Notes: generated from the sequence alone by a model not told the origin. Numbered from the stretch's first letter, positions 38,201 to 48,487 are shown. The stretch is DNA of 64,000 nucleotides from Dehalococcoidia bacterium (GCA_965219085.1 OZ244720.1:1088001-1152000), one strand, 5' to 3'. Numbers and translations: made by a program.

Positions 38201-39726
38201 CGGTGCGCGAGTCGGGGGCGATGGACTGCTGGGGCGGCAGCGAGCACGACTACGGCCAGGCGGATGCTCCGGCCGGGCGCTACCTGTCGGTGAGCGCCGG
38301 CGAGTGGCACAGCTGCGCGGTGACGGAGATGGGTGAAGTGGAGTGTTGGGGCTCGGGCCGCTGGGGCATGGGGCAAGTGCAATCGCCCGCCGGGCGCGGA
38401 TACGGTTCGGTGGTCGCCGGGAACGACCATACCTGCGGGATCCTGCAGTCGGGTGAGGTGCGGTGCTGGGGCAGCAACGCGAGCGGTCAGCTCGACGTGC
38501 CGGCCGGGCGCTACCAGTCCGTGCGCGCCGGCAGGGGGTACACCTGCGCGCTTCCCGAGTCCGGGGACGCGGTGTGCTGGGGCTCGGGCGCCCCCACGTG
38601 GCGGGCCGATCCCCCGGAGATCTACCGGGGCCTGCGAGCGGGCGAGCAAACCTGCGAGACGCTCGAGTCGGGCGACGTGATCTGCCCGGACGGCAGCGCA
38701 TACGTGCAGCACGGCGCGCCCGAGGGCCCGTACGTGGCGCTCACCGCGGGCAGGTGGCACCGATGCGCGCTGCTCGAGTCCGGCGAGGTGGCCTGCTGGT
38801 TGGGTGGGATCGAGTCCCATGGGCGGCCGGCGGTCGTGACTGCCCGGCCTGCGGCGGTACCGCCCGAGCTGGCTGCCCCGCTGCCGACCGCCGATGCCGG
38901 CGACTCGGGACCCGGAGCCCTCGTCGTCGATGCGGGCGCCGAGCACACCTGCGCGTTGCAGGCGTCGGGCGAGGTGCTCTGCTGGGGAGCGGTCGGCTGG
39001 CGCGGCGAGCTCGTCCCGCTGCCGCGGGGTCAGTACCGCTCGATGAGTGTCGGCGGGGACCGGTACACGTGCGGCGTCCGAACGTCGGGTGCCGTTGTGT
39101 GCGCGGGGATCCACGATGCGTCCTTCAACCAGGCCCCGGGTGAGGACCGCTACCAGTCGGTGAGCGCGGGAGGACGTCACGCCTGCGCGTTCCGGGAATC
39201 GGGTCAGCTGGACTGCTGGGGCGACAACCGGTTCAGGCAGGCGACCGTGGCGCCGGGACCCTACTCGGCGGTCAGCGCGGGCGAGTTCCACACCTGCGCG
39301 GTGCTCGAAGCCGGCCCCGTAGTGTGCTGGGGGCGCAACGAACACCGCCAGGCCGACGGGGCGCCGGGCCGGTACACTGCGGTCGCGGCTGGTTCGACGC
39401 ACAGCTGCGCGCTCGCCGAGTCCGGCGAGGTCGTCTGCTGGGGAGACAACGAGCACGGCCAGACGGACGCGCCGGCGGGTCGCTACCTGTCAGTCGGCGC
39501 GGGCGAGACGCACTCCTGCGCCCTCGCCGAATCGCGCGAGGTCGCTTGCTGGGGCGGCAACGAGCACGGCCAGTCGGACGTCCCGGCCGGCAGCTACGAG
39601 GCGGTCACCGTCGGCGGCCTGCACACGTGCGCGGTGCGCACGTCGGGCGAGGTGGTCTGCTGGGGCAATACCGAAGACTTCCGGACCAGCGTGCCTGAGA
39701 TCCTCGCCGGGGCCGGGCCCGGTTAG
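35275..39726 (+). CDS. Large secreted mosaic protein: LRR + cadherin-like beta-sandwich + duplicated unknown domain + RCC1-like repeats
   Basis: About 11 LRRs (LSGPIPPELGNL), LDPPFAAG..AYTASV sandwich, two copies of GSDL...GTDVQVxWKY.R..RAWD.SYLP, about 19 HTCALRESGEVxCWG repeats. Confidence 0.88.
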   Translation: MQREPAGSGVGDSAKRRVRARRSALRVALVVAGSAVLAALVFAGPFAPGGAGSLSAEVSTGSVETDRSALLAVYESANGLYWQRDDHWNSDEPLDAWRGVTTDEDGRVTALELSFLGDVSGTLSPALGNLDRLESLTVSFTDLSGPLPAELGNLTDLQTLNLSFNEFSGPIPPELGNLTNLQSLTLAYNQLSGPIPPELGNLTNLESLTITSHPSSAPTDRASRRLGAFLGLRVSENRVGGQIPPELGKLSSLQSLELSSNALSGPIPPELGNLTNLASLSLANNQLSGPIPLELGRLANLQSLGLNENELSGSIPPELGQLASLQVLGLSRNELSGSIPPELGQLAGLQGIVLANNQLSGSIPPELGDLTHMRALVLSDNELSGPIPAELGNLAGLQFVRFAGNPGLSGCVPRTLRHLLTLPTFSLAGPGHDFVEVDVNGDGDTDDALDGDVPGLGLPFCMLRDLQLGGATLDPPFAAGAPAYTASVDGSVAHTAVTATLIDGHAYVLVRKGGRTYASGEPVPLDPGVNALSIEVAPLDATPRQVFTVAVTRGAVVPITLELRDGSDLVIAPPGTATTAARLLDGTDVQVAWKYNRDTRAWDRSYLPAIGFGGFPIGAGDALWVIAGSDQTLTVEGARPPAGAQPPGPVTLAVREGSDLLVVPAGAPTTAAALFGGTDVQVVWKYDRASRAWDLSYLPGPGFGGFDIAPGDGLWVISPRAQTLGGAPAPAPVEPRIADPVAEVSTSETHTCALRESGEVLCWGANDQGQTDVPPERYRAVAAGSEHTCGLLESGEIVCWGSDRGGPLDVPDGTYIAVGAGYARTCALRESGEVACWGSYGSAHQDVPSGTYRSLSVGFTHACALGESGEVVCWGSSAFDQSDAPSGVYKSVSAGRSHTCALRESGQLVCWGLNTSGNRMPNLSGTYRSVSAGDGFTCGVRESGKVVCWGNNHRGVTEVPDGRYVSVSAGEHHACAVRESGAMDCWGGSEHDYGQADAPAGRYLSVSAGEWHSCAVTEMGEVECWGSGRWGMGQVQSPAGRGYGSVVAGNDHTCGILQSGEVRCWGSNASGQLDVPAGRYQSVRAGRGYTCALPESGDAVCWGSGAPTWRADPPEIYRGLRAGEQTCETLESGDVICPDGSAYVQHGAPEGPYVALTAGRWHRCALLESGEVACWLGGIESHGRPAVVTARPAAVPPELAAPLPTADAGDSGPGALVVDAGAEHTCALQASGEVLCWGAVGWRGELVPLPRGQYRSMSVGGDRYTCGVRTSGAVVCAGIHDASFNQAPGEDRYQSVSAGGRHACAFRESGQLDCWGDNRFRQATVAPGPYSAVSAGEFHTCAVLEAGPVVCWGRNEHRQADGAPGRYTAVAAGSTHSCALAESGEVVCWGDNEHGQTDAPAGRYLSVGAGETHSCALAESREVACWGGNEHGQSDVPAGSYEAVTVGGLHTCAVRTSGEVVCWGNTEDFRTSVPEILAGAGPG

Positions 39727-39756
39727 CCGGACCTCAGGCAGCGCCGCAGCTCGCCG

Positions 39757-41175
39757 TTAAGCGTCCTCCGCGCCCGGTGCATCGTCGGGCGGCGCCTGCA
39801 GGTGCCAGTCCGTCACCTGCTGGTAGGCATGGCCCATCCGGGCGAGCAGCGCCTCGGCGAACGGGGCGCCGACGATCTGCGCCGACAGCGGCAGCCCGAG
39901 CTCGGATGAGAACCCCGAGGGCAGCGCCAACGCCGGGTAGCCCAGCAGGTTGAACGGCCCCGCGTAGCTGGGCATCGTCAGACGCCGGTTCAGGTCGGGA
40001 GGCGGGTACTCCGGCGCGGGCTCCGGGGTCATCGGCACGACGAGCGCGTCGACGTCGGCCATCACGCGCGCGGCCTGCTTCGCGTACCAGCTGCGGAAGC
40101 GCTGGGCCTGGATGTAGTCCGCCGCCGAGTAGAGCGCGGCGCGGCCGATCATGAGCCGCGCCCCCTTGCCGTACTCGGTCCAGCGGTCGCTGGCCATGTC
40201 CATGCGGTGGTAGGCGAAGGCCTCGGTGAGCATCGTCAGCGTGTTGGCGTCCTTCGCGATGTCCGAGTGCGGCAGGTCGACCTCGACGACCTCCGCGCCG
40301 AGGCCGGCGAGCGTCTCGATGACCGCCTCGGCCGCCGCCGCCACCTCCTGATCGAGGTCCTCGTGGTCGAAGAAGTACGCGCGCGGCACCCCGATGCGCA
40401 GCCCGGCCACACCGGCGTCGACGCCTTCGAGGTAGTCCTCGGTGGGCTCGGTGGAGGCGGTGGGGTCACGCGGGTCATGGCCGGCGATGACGTTGAGGAT
40501 CGCGCCGCAGTCGTAGGCCGAGCGGGCCATCGGGCCGATCGAGTCGAGCGAGTAGCCGAGCGGTACGCAGCCCCACTTCGGGACGCGCCCGTACGTGACC
40601 TTGAGCCCCGTGTGGCCGCAGTAGGCAGCCGGGAAGCGCACCGAACCCCCGGTGTCCGTCCCGAGCCCGCCGAGCACCATGCCGGTGGCGACGGCGATCC
40701 CTGTGCCCGACGACGAGCCGCCGGGCGTGCGGTCCAGCCGCCACGGGTTCAGCGGGATCGGGAACGGCTTCTCCTCGTCGGGCGTCCCGAGGGCGAACTC
40801 GGAGAGCACGAGCTTGCCCATGATCACGGCGCCGGCCGCGCGCACGCGCTCGCTGACCACCGCGTCGTAGCCCTCGCCCCACGCCGGGTCGAGGATGAGC
40901 GAGTTCGCCGTGGTCGGCTGGTCCACCGTGGCGAGCAGGTCCTTGATGCCAAACGGGATGCCCTGCAACGGCCCGCGGTCGACGCCGGCCGCGAGGTCGG
41001 CGTCGGCCTGCGCGGCCTGCTGCATCGCGCCCGCCTCGTTGACGGCGATGAACGCGCCGAGGCGCGCGTCGAGCGCGCCGATTCGCTCCAGCGCCTCCCC
41101 GGTCAGCTCGACGCTCGTCACCTCGCCGCCGCGGAGTGCGGCGGCGGCCGATGCGATCGTTCGTGGCGACGTCAT
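39757..41175 (-). CDS. Amidase signature family protein (GatA-like)
   Basis: GIPFGIKD, TPGGSSSG, GTDTGGSVRFPA. Confidence 0.93.
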   Translation of the reverse strand: MTSPRTIASAAAALRGGEVTSVELTGEALERIGALDARLGAFIAVNEAGAMQQAAQADADLAAGVDRGPLQGIPFGIKDLLATVDQPTTANSLILDPAWGEGYDAVVSERVRAAGAVIMGKLVLSEFALGTPDEEKPFPIPLNPWRLDRTPGGSSSGTGIAVATGMVLGGLGTDTGGSVRFPAAYCGHTGLKVTYGRVPKWGCVPLGYSLDSIGPMARSAYDCGAILNVIAGHDPRDPTASTEPTEDYLEGVDAGVAGLRIGVPRAYFFDHEDLDQEVAAAAEAVIETLAGLGAEVVEVDLPHSDIAKDANTLTMLTEAFAYHRMDMASDRWTEYGKGARLMIGRAALYSAADYIQAQRFRSWYAKQAARVMADVDALVVPMTPEPAPEYPPPDLNRRLTMPSYAGPFNLLGYPALALPSGFSSELGLPLSAQIVGAPFAEALLARMGHAYQQVTDWHLQAPPDDAPGAEDA

Positions 41176-41179
41176 CGTG

Positions 41180-41380
41180 CTACTCCCGCACCGGCGGAAC
41201 CGGCGCGAAGATCAGCGCGGGCTCCTCGTAGCGGACCTCCTCGATGAAGAGGCGGTCCGCCTGCTCGCGCAGGGTCGGGTAGCCCTCGACGAGCGATTCG
41301 AACTCCTCGTCGCTGAGGGGCAGGCCGGCCGCATCGATGAGCGCGCGGACGGTCGCCTCGACGTTGTCTGGGACGGGCAT
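41180..41380 (-). CDS. Small amidase partner protein (AtzG/GatC-like)
   Basis: 66 aa, AAGLPLSDEE...YEEPALIF, ending 4 nt before the amidase start. Confidence 0.6.
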   Translation of the reverse strand: MPVPDNVEATVRALIDAAGLPLSDEEFESLVEGYPTLREQADRLFIEEVRYEEPALIFAPVPPVRE

Positions 41381-41539
41381 CGGTTCCCCCCACCCGCGCC
41401 CCGTCTCCGCCCATCGGGCGGAGGCGCGGCGCCGCGTAGCCACTGAGTGTGCGCCGCCGCCGCCGCGCGATCGCTTGCGGCGGCGACGGGGCGAAGCATA
41501 GCGCCCGCACGTTGCGTCGATGCGTCGGGCCGCGCGGCC

Positions 41540-42691
41540 TTACTCGGCCACGAACGAGACCGTCACGTCCGAGTTCACCGTCACCGTGTACTCCCGACCC
41601 GGCTCGAAGCCGCCGCCGAGGGGCACAGTCGTCTCGACGATGGGGAGGTCCGCGGTGCACGCGACGTTCGGGTCGACGTTCTCGTGGTGGGTCACGACGA
41701 CATCGATGCGGTCCGGCTCGCGCCGCTGGATCTCGTAGCCGTTGAACTGCGAGCAGCTACTCCCCTTCGGCATGGCGGAGACGACCTGCAGCTCGTACGC
41801 CGGCGGCGTGCCCTCGAGCCGCACGACCTCGGCGCGCTCGATAGACGGCTCGGCCAGCGCGCTGTGGCGTAAGGCGGCGTCGGGCAGGGTGAAGGCAGCG
41901 GCCACCACGTCGTTCACCGTGACCTCGTACATCAGCCCGCTCACCAGCGACGGCCCGAGCACCATGATCGTGTCCAACTCCACGCGTTCCCTGTCGCAGT
42001 CGATCCCCCACGGCGTGGGCGGCGGCTGCATGAGCGTGACCCACGCCTTGATCTGGGCGCCCCGGATCTCCCACCCCTCGTTGCCGGGCCGGGCGCAGTT
42101 CTCGATCGTCGACTGGTAGTAGGCGATGCGCAGCGGGTGGTCCGGCTCGTTCGCGATGAGCGTCGCCAGCACGATCCGCGCGGGCGTCTCCACCCACTGC
42201 CGCCAGTCCAGGTCCGCGTCGACGAGGCCGGGCGGCGGCTCCACCAGCACGAGGAGCATGTCGACCCGGCTCGGGTGACCGCGCGTGATGACGTCGTATG
42301 CGGTGTCGTTGGTGAACGCGAGACGGCCGTCCGACTCGATGATGCGCGCGGTGATCCCGTAGACGTTGCCGTCGTCGATGTCGTCGCGGTGGTAGCCGAC
42401 CTCGAAACGGATAGCGACCTGGCCGGGGTTCTCGATGGTCTGGCGCGCGATGAGTGGGGCGGCGGCGTCCTGGTAGGACACGTCGCGAAGCTCAACCACG
42501 AGCATCGCCTCCTCGGTCAGCGCAAGGCGCTCGCGGTAGGTGACCGTGCCGCTGACCGACGCGTTGGGGCTGCGGCCCGAGGTCACCTCGAGCTCACCGG
42601 CTGGCTCGGGGTCGCTACTGCAGGCGGCAGCCGCCAGCATGAGCAACAGCGCCACGGCTGCCAGCAGCGCGCCCGTGATCCGTGCAGTCAT
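41540..42691 (-). CDS. YbaY-family lipoprotein with C-terminal extension
   Basis: Lipobox AAACS; VSGTVTYRERLAL...VELRDVSYQDAAA YbaY motif; two Cys-paired beta domains follow. Confidence 0.85.
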   Translation of the reverse strand: MTARITGALLAAVALLLMLAAAACSSDPEPAGELEVTSGRSPNASVSGTVTYRERLALTEEAMLVVELRDVSYQDAAAPLIARQTIENPGQVAIRFEVGYHRDDIDDGNVYGITARIIESDGRLAFTNDTAYDVITRGHPSRVDMLLVLVEPPPGLVDADLDWRQWVETPARIVLATLIANEPDHPLRIAYYQSTIENCARPGNEGWEIRGAQIKAWVTLMQPPPTPWGIDCDRERVELDTIMVLGPSLVSGLMYEVTVNDVVAAAFTLPDAALRHSALAEPSIERAEVVRLEGTPPAYELQVVSAMPKGSSCSQFNGYEIQRREPDRIDVVVTHHENVDPNVACTADLPIVETTVPLGGGFEPGREYTVTVNSDVTVSFVAE

Positions 42692-43327
42692 CGGAGCCTC
42701 CCTCCGTACATGTGGTACGCGGGGAGGAGCGCATCCGGGTGCAGGAAGCGGCGCCGAACCTAGCGCTCCTCGGCCCCTGCATACCTCGTGATACATCATC
42801 TCACTTTAGGCGCGGCGCTGCACGTCGGGTGCTGACCGCCGAGGACTTCTCGACGGCTCGGGCGGGCAGGCGCTCGCGCGCATCGAGGCTCGCCGATGCG
42901 TCGAAGCGAACACCTCGCCTACGGCCTTGCAGATCGGGCCGGCCCTCATAGCAAGAAGGTTGACGCGTCGTCGCCACGCCCTCGCCCGTCGATCTCCTCC
43001 CGCCCGCGGAGCCGGACTGCCACGACAACCGCCCGCAGCGCTTGACATCCGGTCGCGCCATATGGGCGTATAGAGTGGTGCTAGCCTGTGGAGATCGCCG
43101 TCATCATGACGCCAGGACAGATTGAACCGGACCGCCGTTACGCGACATGTGCGGGAGAGATCGATGTGCGGTCACTTCACGCCCGCATGGACGACGGACA
43201 CCCTCACCCGCGGTGTGCTGGCGCTCCGGGGGGCGCCCGCCGCCGATCTCCGGACCCGCGCCGCTGCGGCGCCCCCGCCGACATGCCCACCGCCGCGCAG
43301 CGCGGCGTGGCCAACTGAGGGGCAGCA

Positions 43328-46300
43328 GTGCCCCGGTTCCGCGCGGTGGTCGGTGCGCTGCTTGCGCTCGGCGTTCTCGCGTTCGCGGCGCAGCAGGCGC
43401 GTGCGCAGGAGGTCGACAGCACAGCTCCGGCCTTCATGAGCGCACGCACCGACACTAACGGCGAGAACATCATCGTCACGTTCAGCGAGCCTGTCACCAT
43501 CAACCCCGCCGTGACGCAGATCAGCGATCTGCACAACGTCCCCGTGCTGGATCTCATTCGGGGCGTCCTGAGCGTGACGATCGATGGCAGCGAAGACCTC
43601 CTGTCCGGCGCGGCCGTGTCGGGGAGCGAACTCACGATCCGGCTGACCGCTCCCGGAATAGAGGCCGGCCAGGCCGTGAGCGTTGCTTCCGACACGGTGT
43701 TCGCCCGCGACTTCGTACCCCTCTTCGTCGATGCTGACGGGAACGCCGTTCCGCTCTTCTCCTCGCGGAGCGTGCAGAACCTCTCCGTCATCCCTCGGGG
43801 CCCCGGTGTCGCTGCGGGCCCAGTCGTGAGCACGAACTACCTGCGGATAGCCGAGGGGGAGAGCGAGAGGTACACCGTGAGGCTCCCATCGCGGCCATCG
43901 GGCGACGTCACCGTCGAGCTGTTCGTCTGGCGGCTCGGGGCGATCCGAGTGGAGCCGCACCAGATGACGTTCACGAGCAGCAACTGGAACGCGCCCCAGA
44001 TCGCGACGGTCCTCACCGACAGCGACGACGACTCCCAGGATATCTGGACGGTGATCCTCCACACACGCAGCGACGCCAGTCTGGGGAGGGCTGCGGCGAT
44101 CGTGCGCGTGATCGTGGACGACGAGAACGAGCTGCTGCGTGTGTCCGGAAGCAGCACGCCCGAGTACACCGAGAACGCCTCCACAACGGTGGCTACGTAT
44201 GTCGCCCCCTGGACGTCGGGTGTGGCGTGGTCGCTGTCCGGCGCCGACAGCGACCACTTCTCCATCAACAAAGAGGGCGACCTCTCATTCGTCGCGCCTC
44301 CCGACCACGAAGACCCGGCGGACGCCGACGCGGACAACGTGTACCACGTGGGCGTCCACGCATCCGACGGATCCGCGTCGGGCTTTCTCAGGGTGAGCGT
44401 CACCGTCACGGACCTGAACGAGCCGCCCGATGTCTTCGGCCCGGTCGGCGTCGGCGTCGAGGAGGACTCGGGCACATTGGTGGGGGCCTACACCTACGAC
44501 GACCCGGAAGATGGCGCCGCGAGGTGGTCGCTTGCGGGGAGCGACCACCACCACTTCACCGTCACGAACGGTGAGCTGCACTTCAGGGAGGCGCCCGACT
44601 TCGAGAGCCCGGCCGATGCGAACGGGAACAACCGCTACGAGGTCACTGTCCTCGCCGAGGATGGAGGCGACCTCCCCGGGAAGCGCCGCGTGACCGTCTC
44701 CGTGATCGACGTCAACGAGGAGCCCTCGATCGACGGACCGGCGAACGTTGCCTACGCGGAGAACCGTACCGGGGCCGTCGCCGCCTTCACCGCCACCGAC
44801 CCGGAGCAGCACACGATCCTCTGGTCACTCTCGGGCGCCGGCGCGGACGACTTCACGATCACCGGCGGCGTGCTGCGCTTCGTCGAGGCACCAGACTACG
44901 AGAGCCGAGCCGACGCCGGCGGGAACGGTGCCCACGGGGTGACGGTGCAGGCCTCCGACGGCGCGCTGACCGCCACGCAGGCGGTGACCGTCACCCTCAC
45001 GGACGAGGACGAGGCGGGAGCACTCGTCCTCTCCTCCGGGCAGCCGCAGGTCGGCGCCCTCCTCGCGGCGACCCACACCGACGCGGACGGGATCGTCAAC
45101 GAATCGTGGTCATGGGCGCGCTCGACCAACCGGAGCGACTGGAGCGCAATCGCAGGAGCGACGACCGACCGGTACACGCCCACGGGCGCCGACCTGAGGC
45201 ACTACGTGCGGGTCACGGTGCAGTACGACGACGGCCACGGCCCGGGCAAGAGCCGCGGCAGCGTATCGGACCGTCGGGTGAGGGCGCGGCCCGCGGCGAA
45301 CCGAGCCCCGGAGTTTCCCTCCCCCACAGCAGCCCGTTCTCTCCCCGAAAACGCCGGCCCCGGCACGTCGGTCGGCGCACGGGTGGCGGCCACCGACGCC
45401 GACGGCGACCTGCTCCGATACTCCCTCTCGGGTCCGGGTGCGGAGACGTTCGTCATCGACGGAGCCAGGGGAACGATCCAGGTGGCTCCGGGGAGGCTCC
45501 TCAACCACGAGGCGCAGAACTCCTACTCCGTCACGGTGACCGCCACTGACCCGTCGAACTCCCGCGCCGCGGCGACCGTGACGATCGCCATCGAGGACGT
45601 CAGCGAGGCGCCGACGGCCGTGGGGGACACGGCGTCGACGAACGAGGGCGAGGCGGCATCGATAGACGTGCTTCACAACGACGCCGACCCCGAGGGCGAC
45701 CTCCTGACGGTGTCGCTTGAGTCCGCGCCTGAAGGCGGCGCCGCGACGGTGGAGGCCAACGGCGCCATCACCTACACGCCCCGGCCCGACCACCACGGCC
45801 CCGACGCCTTCACGTACAGCATCTCCGATGGCGAATACTCCGCCACGGCCACGGTCGTCGTGAACGTGCGAGCCGTGAACCACGCGCCCGCGTTCCCCAC
45901 CGCATCGACCGTCCGATTCGTCGACAGCCGCTCGGCCGCCCGCACCAACGTCGGCCCGCCGGCCGCCGCGATCGATCAGGATGGCGACCAGGTGACGTAC
46001 CGGCTCTCCGAGCGCGCGGCCCGGACGTTCGACATCGACGAGCACACGGGCCAGATCCGACTGAGAGCGGGCACGGTGCTCGATCCCGCCGAGCGAGACT
46101 CCTACGGCGCCACGGTGACCGCGACCGACCCCTCGGGTGCGACCGCGAGCATCAACGTGACGATCACGGTCACCGAGCCATCCCGCTCCCGGTCGGACGG
46201 GCCGTCCCGGCCTCCCAGCGGCGTCGACTTCGAGTGGACCGTCGAGCACGATCTCGACGAGCTCGACGCCCACAACGAGTGGCCCACGGGACTGTGGTCC

Positions 46301-47524
46301 GACGGCACGACCTTCTGGATCACTGAGGCCGGCCCGGACTCCGACGGCGGCGTCTATGCCTACGACCTCGCGAGCGGCGAACGCAGGGAGCGGGCAGAAT
46401 TCGATCTCGATGAGCGGAACCGGGCCCCGCGCGGCCTCTGGTCCAACCGCGAGACGGCCTGGATCTCCAACCACGACCGGAACCGGCTCTACACCTACGA
46501 CCTCGCGAGCGGGGAGCGCGCCGAGCACCGCGACATTGTCCTCGACGCGCGGAACGGCGACGCGCACGGTCTCTGGTCCGACGACGAGACCGTGTGGGTC
46601 GTGGAGGGCGAGAAGGCGGCCCTCTTCGCCTACGATCTCGGGAGCGGCGATTTCCTGGCCGAGTACAGACTCGATTTCGCAAACGACGACCCGCGCGGAG
46701 TCTGGTCCGACGGCGTGACGGTCTGGGTCTCCGACGATGGAGCCAAACGCCTCTTCGCCTACCGCCTGCCCGTGCCGCGGCAGGCCGGGTCGATCAGGCT
46801 CGAGCTCGTCGCAGAGGAGGACTTCGGGGAGCTCTTCCTCTCAGAGGCAAGCAACAACAGCCCGCGCGGCATCTGGTCCGACGGCGGCGTGATGTACGTC
46901 GCGGACGAGCACGACGGCCGCGTCTACAGCTACAACATGCCCGATGCGATCGACGCACGCCTCGCCTCGCTCACGCTCAGCGGCATCGACATCGGCGAGT
47001 TCTCACCCATCAGGAGGGAGTACGCGGCCGTCGCTCCCACCGGGGTCACGGAGACGACGATCGATGCCCGCGTTGAGCAACCCGGGACGAGCGTGGCCAT
47101 CGCGCCCGACGACTCAGACGCCCGCACCAGCGGGTACCAGGTGGCGATCGCGGACGGCGTGGAGGTCACGGTCACCGTGACCTCATCCGACGGGAGCCGG
47201 AAGGGCGTCTACCACGTGCGGATCGCCCCCGGGCCAGCGGCGCCCTGCCTGCGGGGCGCCGTCGCCGTCGGCTTCAGCCTCCTCACCTACGCAGGGGGGA
47301 GCGTCGAGGAGCTGATGTCGTGCGCGGAGGACCGACACGTCACGGCCCTCTATGCCACACGGGACGGCGCCCTCGTTTCCTACATTCTCGGGGCGCCGGA
47401 CCTCGTGAACCGCACCTTCCGCGAGTTCTACGCGGACGGCGTCCCCATCAACACTCCCCTGCTCGCTAAGAGTGACGGCCCGGCCTCGCCCGACACCAAC
47501 GGCGAGGGCGACACTCAACCCTGA
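43328..47524 (+). CDS. Secreted cadherin/Ig-repeat adhesin with a beta-propeller and a C-terminal GGSV domain
   Basis: Signal peptide; repeated PDxExPADA..NxY / DxNEPP / ATDxDGD cadherin motifs; PRG(L/V/I)WSD propeller repeats. Confidence 0.88.
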   Translation: MPRFRAVVGALLALGVLAFAAQQARAQEVDSTAPAFMSARTDTNGENIIVTFSEPVTINPAVTQISDLHNVPVLDLIRGVLSVTIDGSEDLLSGAAVSGSELTIRLTAPGIEAGQAVSVASDTVFARDFVPLFVDADGNAVPLFSSRSVQNLSVIPRGPGVAAGPVVSTNYLRIAEGESERYTVRLPSRPSGDVTVELFVWRLGAIRVEPHQMTFTSSNWNAPQIATVLTDSDDDSQDIWTVILHTRSDASLGRAAAIVRVIVDDENELLRVSGSSTPEYTENASTTVATYVAPWTSGVAWSLSGADSDHFSINKEGDLSFVAPPDHEDPADADADNVYHVGVHASDGSASGFLRVSVTVTDLNEPPDVFGPVGVGVEEDSGTLVGAYTYDDPEDGAARWSLAGSDHHHFTVTNGELHFREAPDFESPADANGNNRYEVTVLAEDGGDLPGKRRVTVSVIDVNEEPSIDGPANVAYAENRTGAVAAFTATDPEQHTILWSLSGAGADDFTITGGVLRFVEAPDYESRADAGGNGAHGVTVQASDGALTATQAVTVTLTDEDEAGALVLSSGQPQVGALLAATHTDADGIVNESWSWARSTNRSDWSAIAGATTDRYTPTGADLRHYVRVTVQYDDGHGPGKSRGSVSDRRVRARPAANRAPEFPSPTAARSLPENAGPGTSVGARVAATDADGDLLRYSLSGPGAETFVIDGARGTIQVAPGRLLNHEAQNSYSVTVTATDPSNSRAAATVTIAIEDVSEAPTAVGDTASTNEGEAASIDVLHNDADPEGDLLTVSLESAPEGGAATVEANGAITYTPRPDHHGPDAFTYSISDGEYSATATVVVNVRAVNHAPAFPTASTVRFVDSRSAARTNVGPPAAAIDQDGDQVTYRLSERAARTFDIDEHTGQIRLRAGTVLDPAERDSYGATVTATDPSGATASINVTITVTEPSRSRSDGPSRPPSGVDFEWTVEHDLDELDAHNEWPTGLWSDGTTFWITEAGPDSDGGVYAYDLASGERRERAEFDLDERNRAPRGLWSNRETAWISNHDRNRLYTYDLASGERAEHRDIVLDARNGDAHGLWSDDETVWVVEGEKAALFAYDLGSGDFLAEYRLDFANDDPRGVWSDGVTVWVSDDGAKRLFAYRLPVPRQAGSIRLELVAEEDFGELFLSEASNNSPRGIWSDGGVMYVADEHDGRVYSYNMPDAIDARLASLTLSGIDIGEFSPIRREYAAVAPTGVTETTIDARVEQPGTSVAIAPDDSDARTSGYQVAIADGVEVTVTVTSSDGSRKGVYHVRIAPGPAAPCLRGAVAVGFSLLTYAGGSVEELMSCAEDRHVTALYATRDGALVSYILGAPDLVNRTFREFYADGVPINTPLLAKSDGPASPDTNGEGDTQP

Positions 47525-47674
47525 ACGGCATGTCGGCGCGGAGCCCCGGCCACGGACTTCCGCACCGAGTCCTACCGGCTGCGTCTCACCACCGCCACGA
47601 AGAGGGTCCGCTGAGGACTCCTCGTCGGCTCGGGCACGCCGGCGCGATGGTTGAGGGCCCGTTGCGTCGATGGC

Positions 47675-48457
47675 TCAGCGGCCGCGGCGGCGCTGGCGCT
47701 GGCCGTACGAGCGGATCGCGCGCAGGAAGTCGATGCGGCGGAACGCCGGCCAGTACGCATCGCAGAAGTAGTACTCGCTGAACGCGCTCTGCCACAGCAT
47801 GAACCCCGACAGCCGCAGCTCCCCCGACGTCCGGATCACGAGGTCCGGATCCGGGATGTCCGGCGCGTACAGGTAGCGTCCGAGCTCGTCAGCGTCGAGG
47901 GCGCGCGCGATGTCCGCGAGCGAGTCGCCGCGCTCGGCGCGGTCGTCCATCATCCGCCGCACCGCGTCGACGATCTCGTCGCGGCCGCCGTAGCCGACGG
48001 CGACGACCAGGTCGCCGTCGCCGTTCCCGGCCGTCGAGCGCTCGACGCGCTCGATCGCCTCGACGGTCGAAGTCGGCAGCAGGTCGCGGCGGCCGACGGC
48101 GCGGATGCGCCGCGGCAGCGCGGCGTGGCGCTGCTGCTCGGCGAGCGCCTCGACGCGCGTCTCGACAATCTCGTAGATGGCGTCGAGCTCGGCGGCGGGG
48201 CGCTGGAAGTTATCGGTCGACAGCACCCAGATCGTGACGACGGGGATGCCGAGTTCGTCGCACCAGGTGATGAGGCGTTCGATGTTGTCCGCGCCGTCGC
48301 GGTGGCCCGCGCCGACGTTCGCGAGGCCCGCGGTGCGCGCGAAGCGGCGGTTGCCGTCCGGGAGCACGCCGACGTGGTGGGGGATCGCGCCGCGGCGCAC
48401 CTCCGCCTCCAGCCGCCCCTCGTAGAAGCGGTAGACGAGCCGGCGCAGCAAGTCCAC
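47675..48457 (-). CDS. cis-prenyltransferase (UppS family, short-chain Z-isoprenyl diphosphate synthase-like)
   Basis: PHHVGVLPDGNRR, LSTDNFQR, YGGRDEI, DPDLVIRTSGELRLSGFMLWQSA. Confidence 0.93.
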   Translation of the reverse strand: MDLLRRLVYRFYEGRLEAEVRRGAIPHHVGVLPDGNRRFARTAGLANVGAGHRDGADNIERLITWCDELGIPVVTIWVLSTDNFQRPAAELDAIYEIVETRVEALAEQQRHAALPRRIRAVGRRDLLPTSTVEAIERVERSTAGNGDGDLVVAVGYGGRDEIVDAVRRMMDDRAERGDSLADIARALDADELGRYLYAPDIPDPDLVIRTSGELRLSGFMLWQSAFSEYYFCDAYWPAFRRIDFLRAIRSYGQRQRRRGR

Positions 48458-48487
48458 GCGAGGGCCGTGCGAGGCGCTCCCGCGCGC

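Noticed and set aside
39757-41380. gatCA assignment
   Set aside because: No gatB is adjacent and the small protein lacks clear GatC features; treated as a catabolic amidase plus partner.
42800-43327. Riboswitch or ncRNA in the 500-bp gap before the cadherin gene
   Set aside because: No recognisable aptamer consensus; a TTGACA at 43042 lacks a properly spaced -10. An Rfam scan would be needed.
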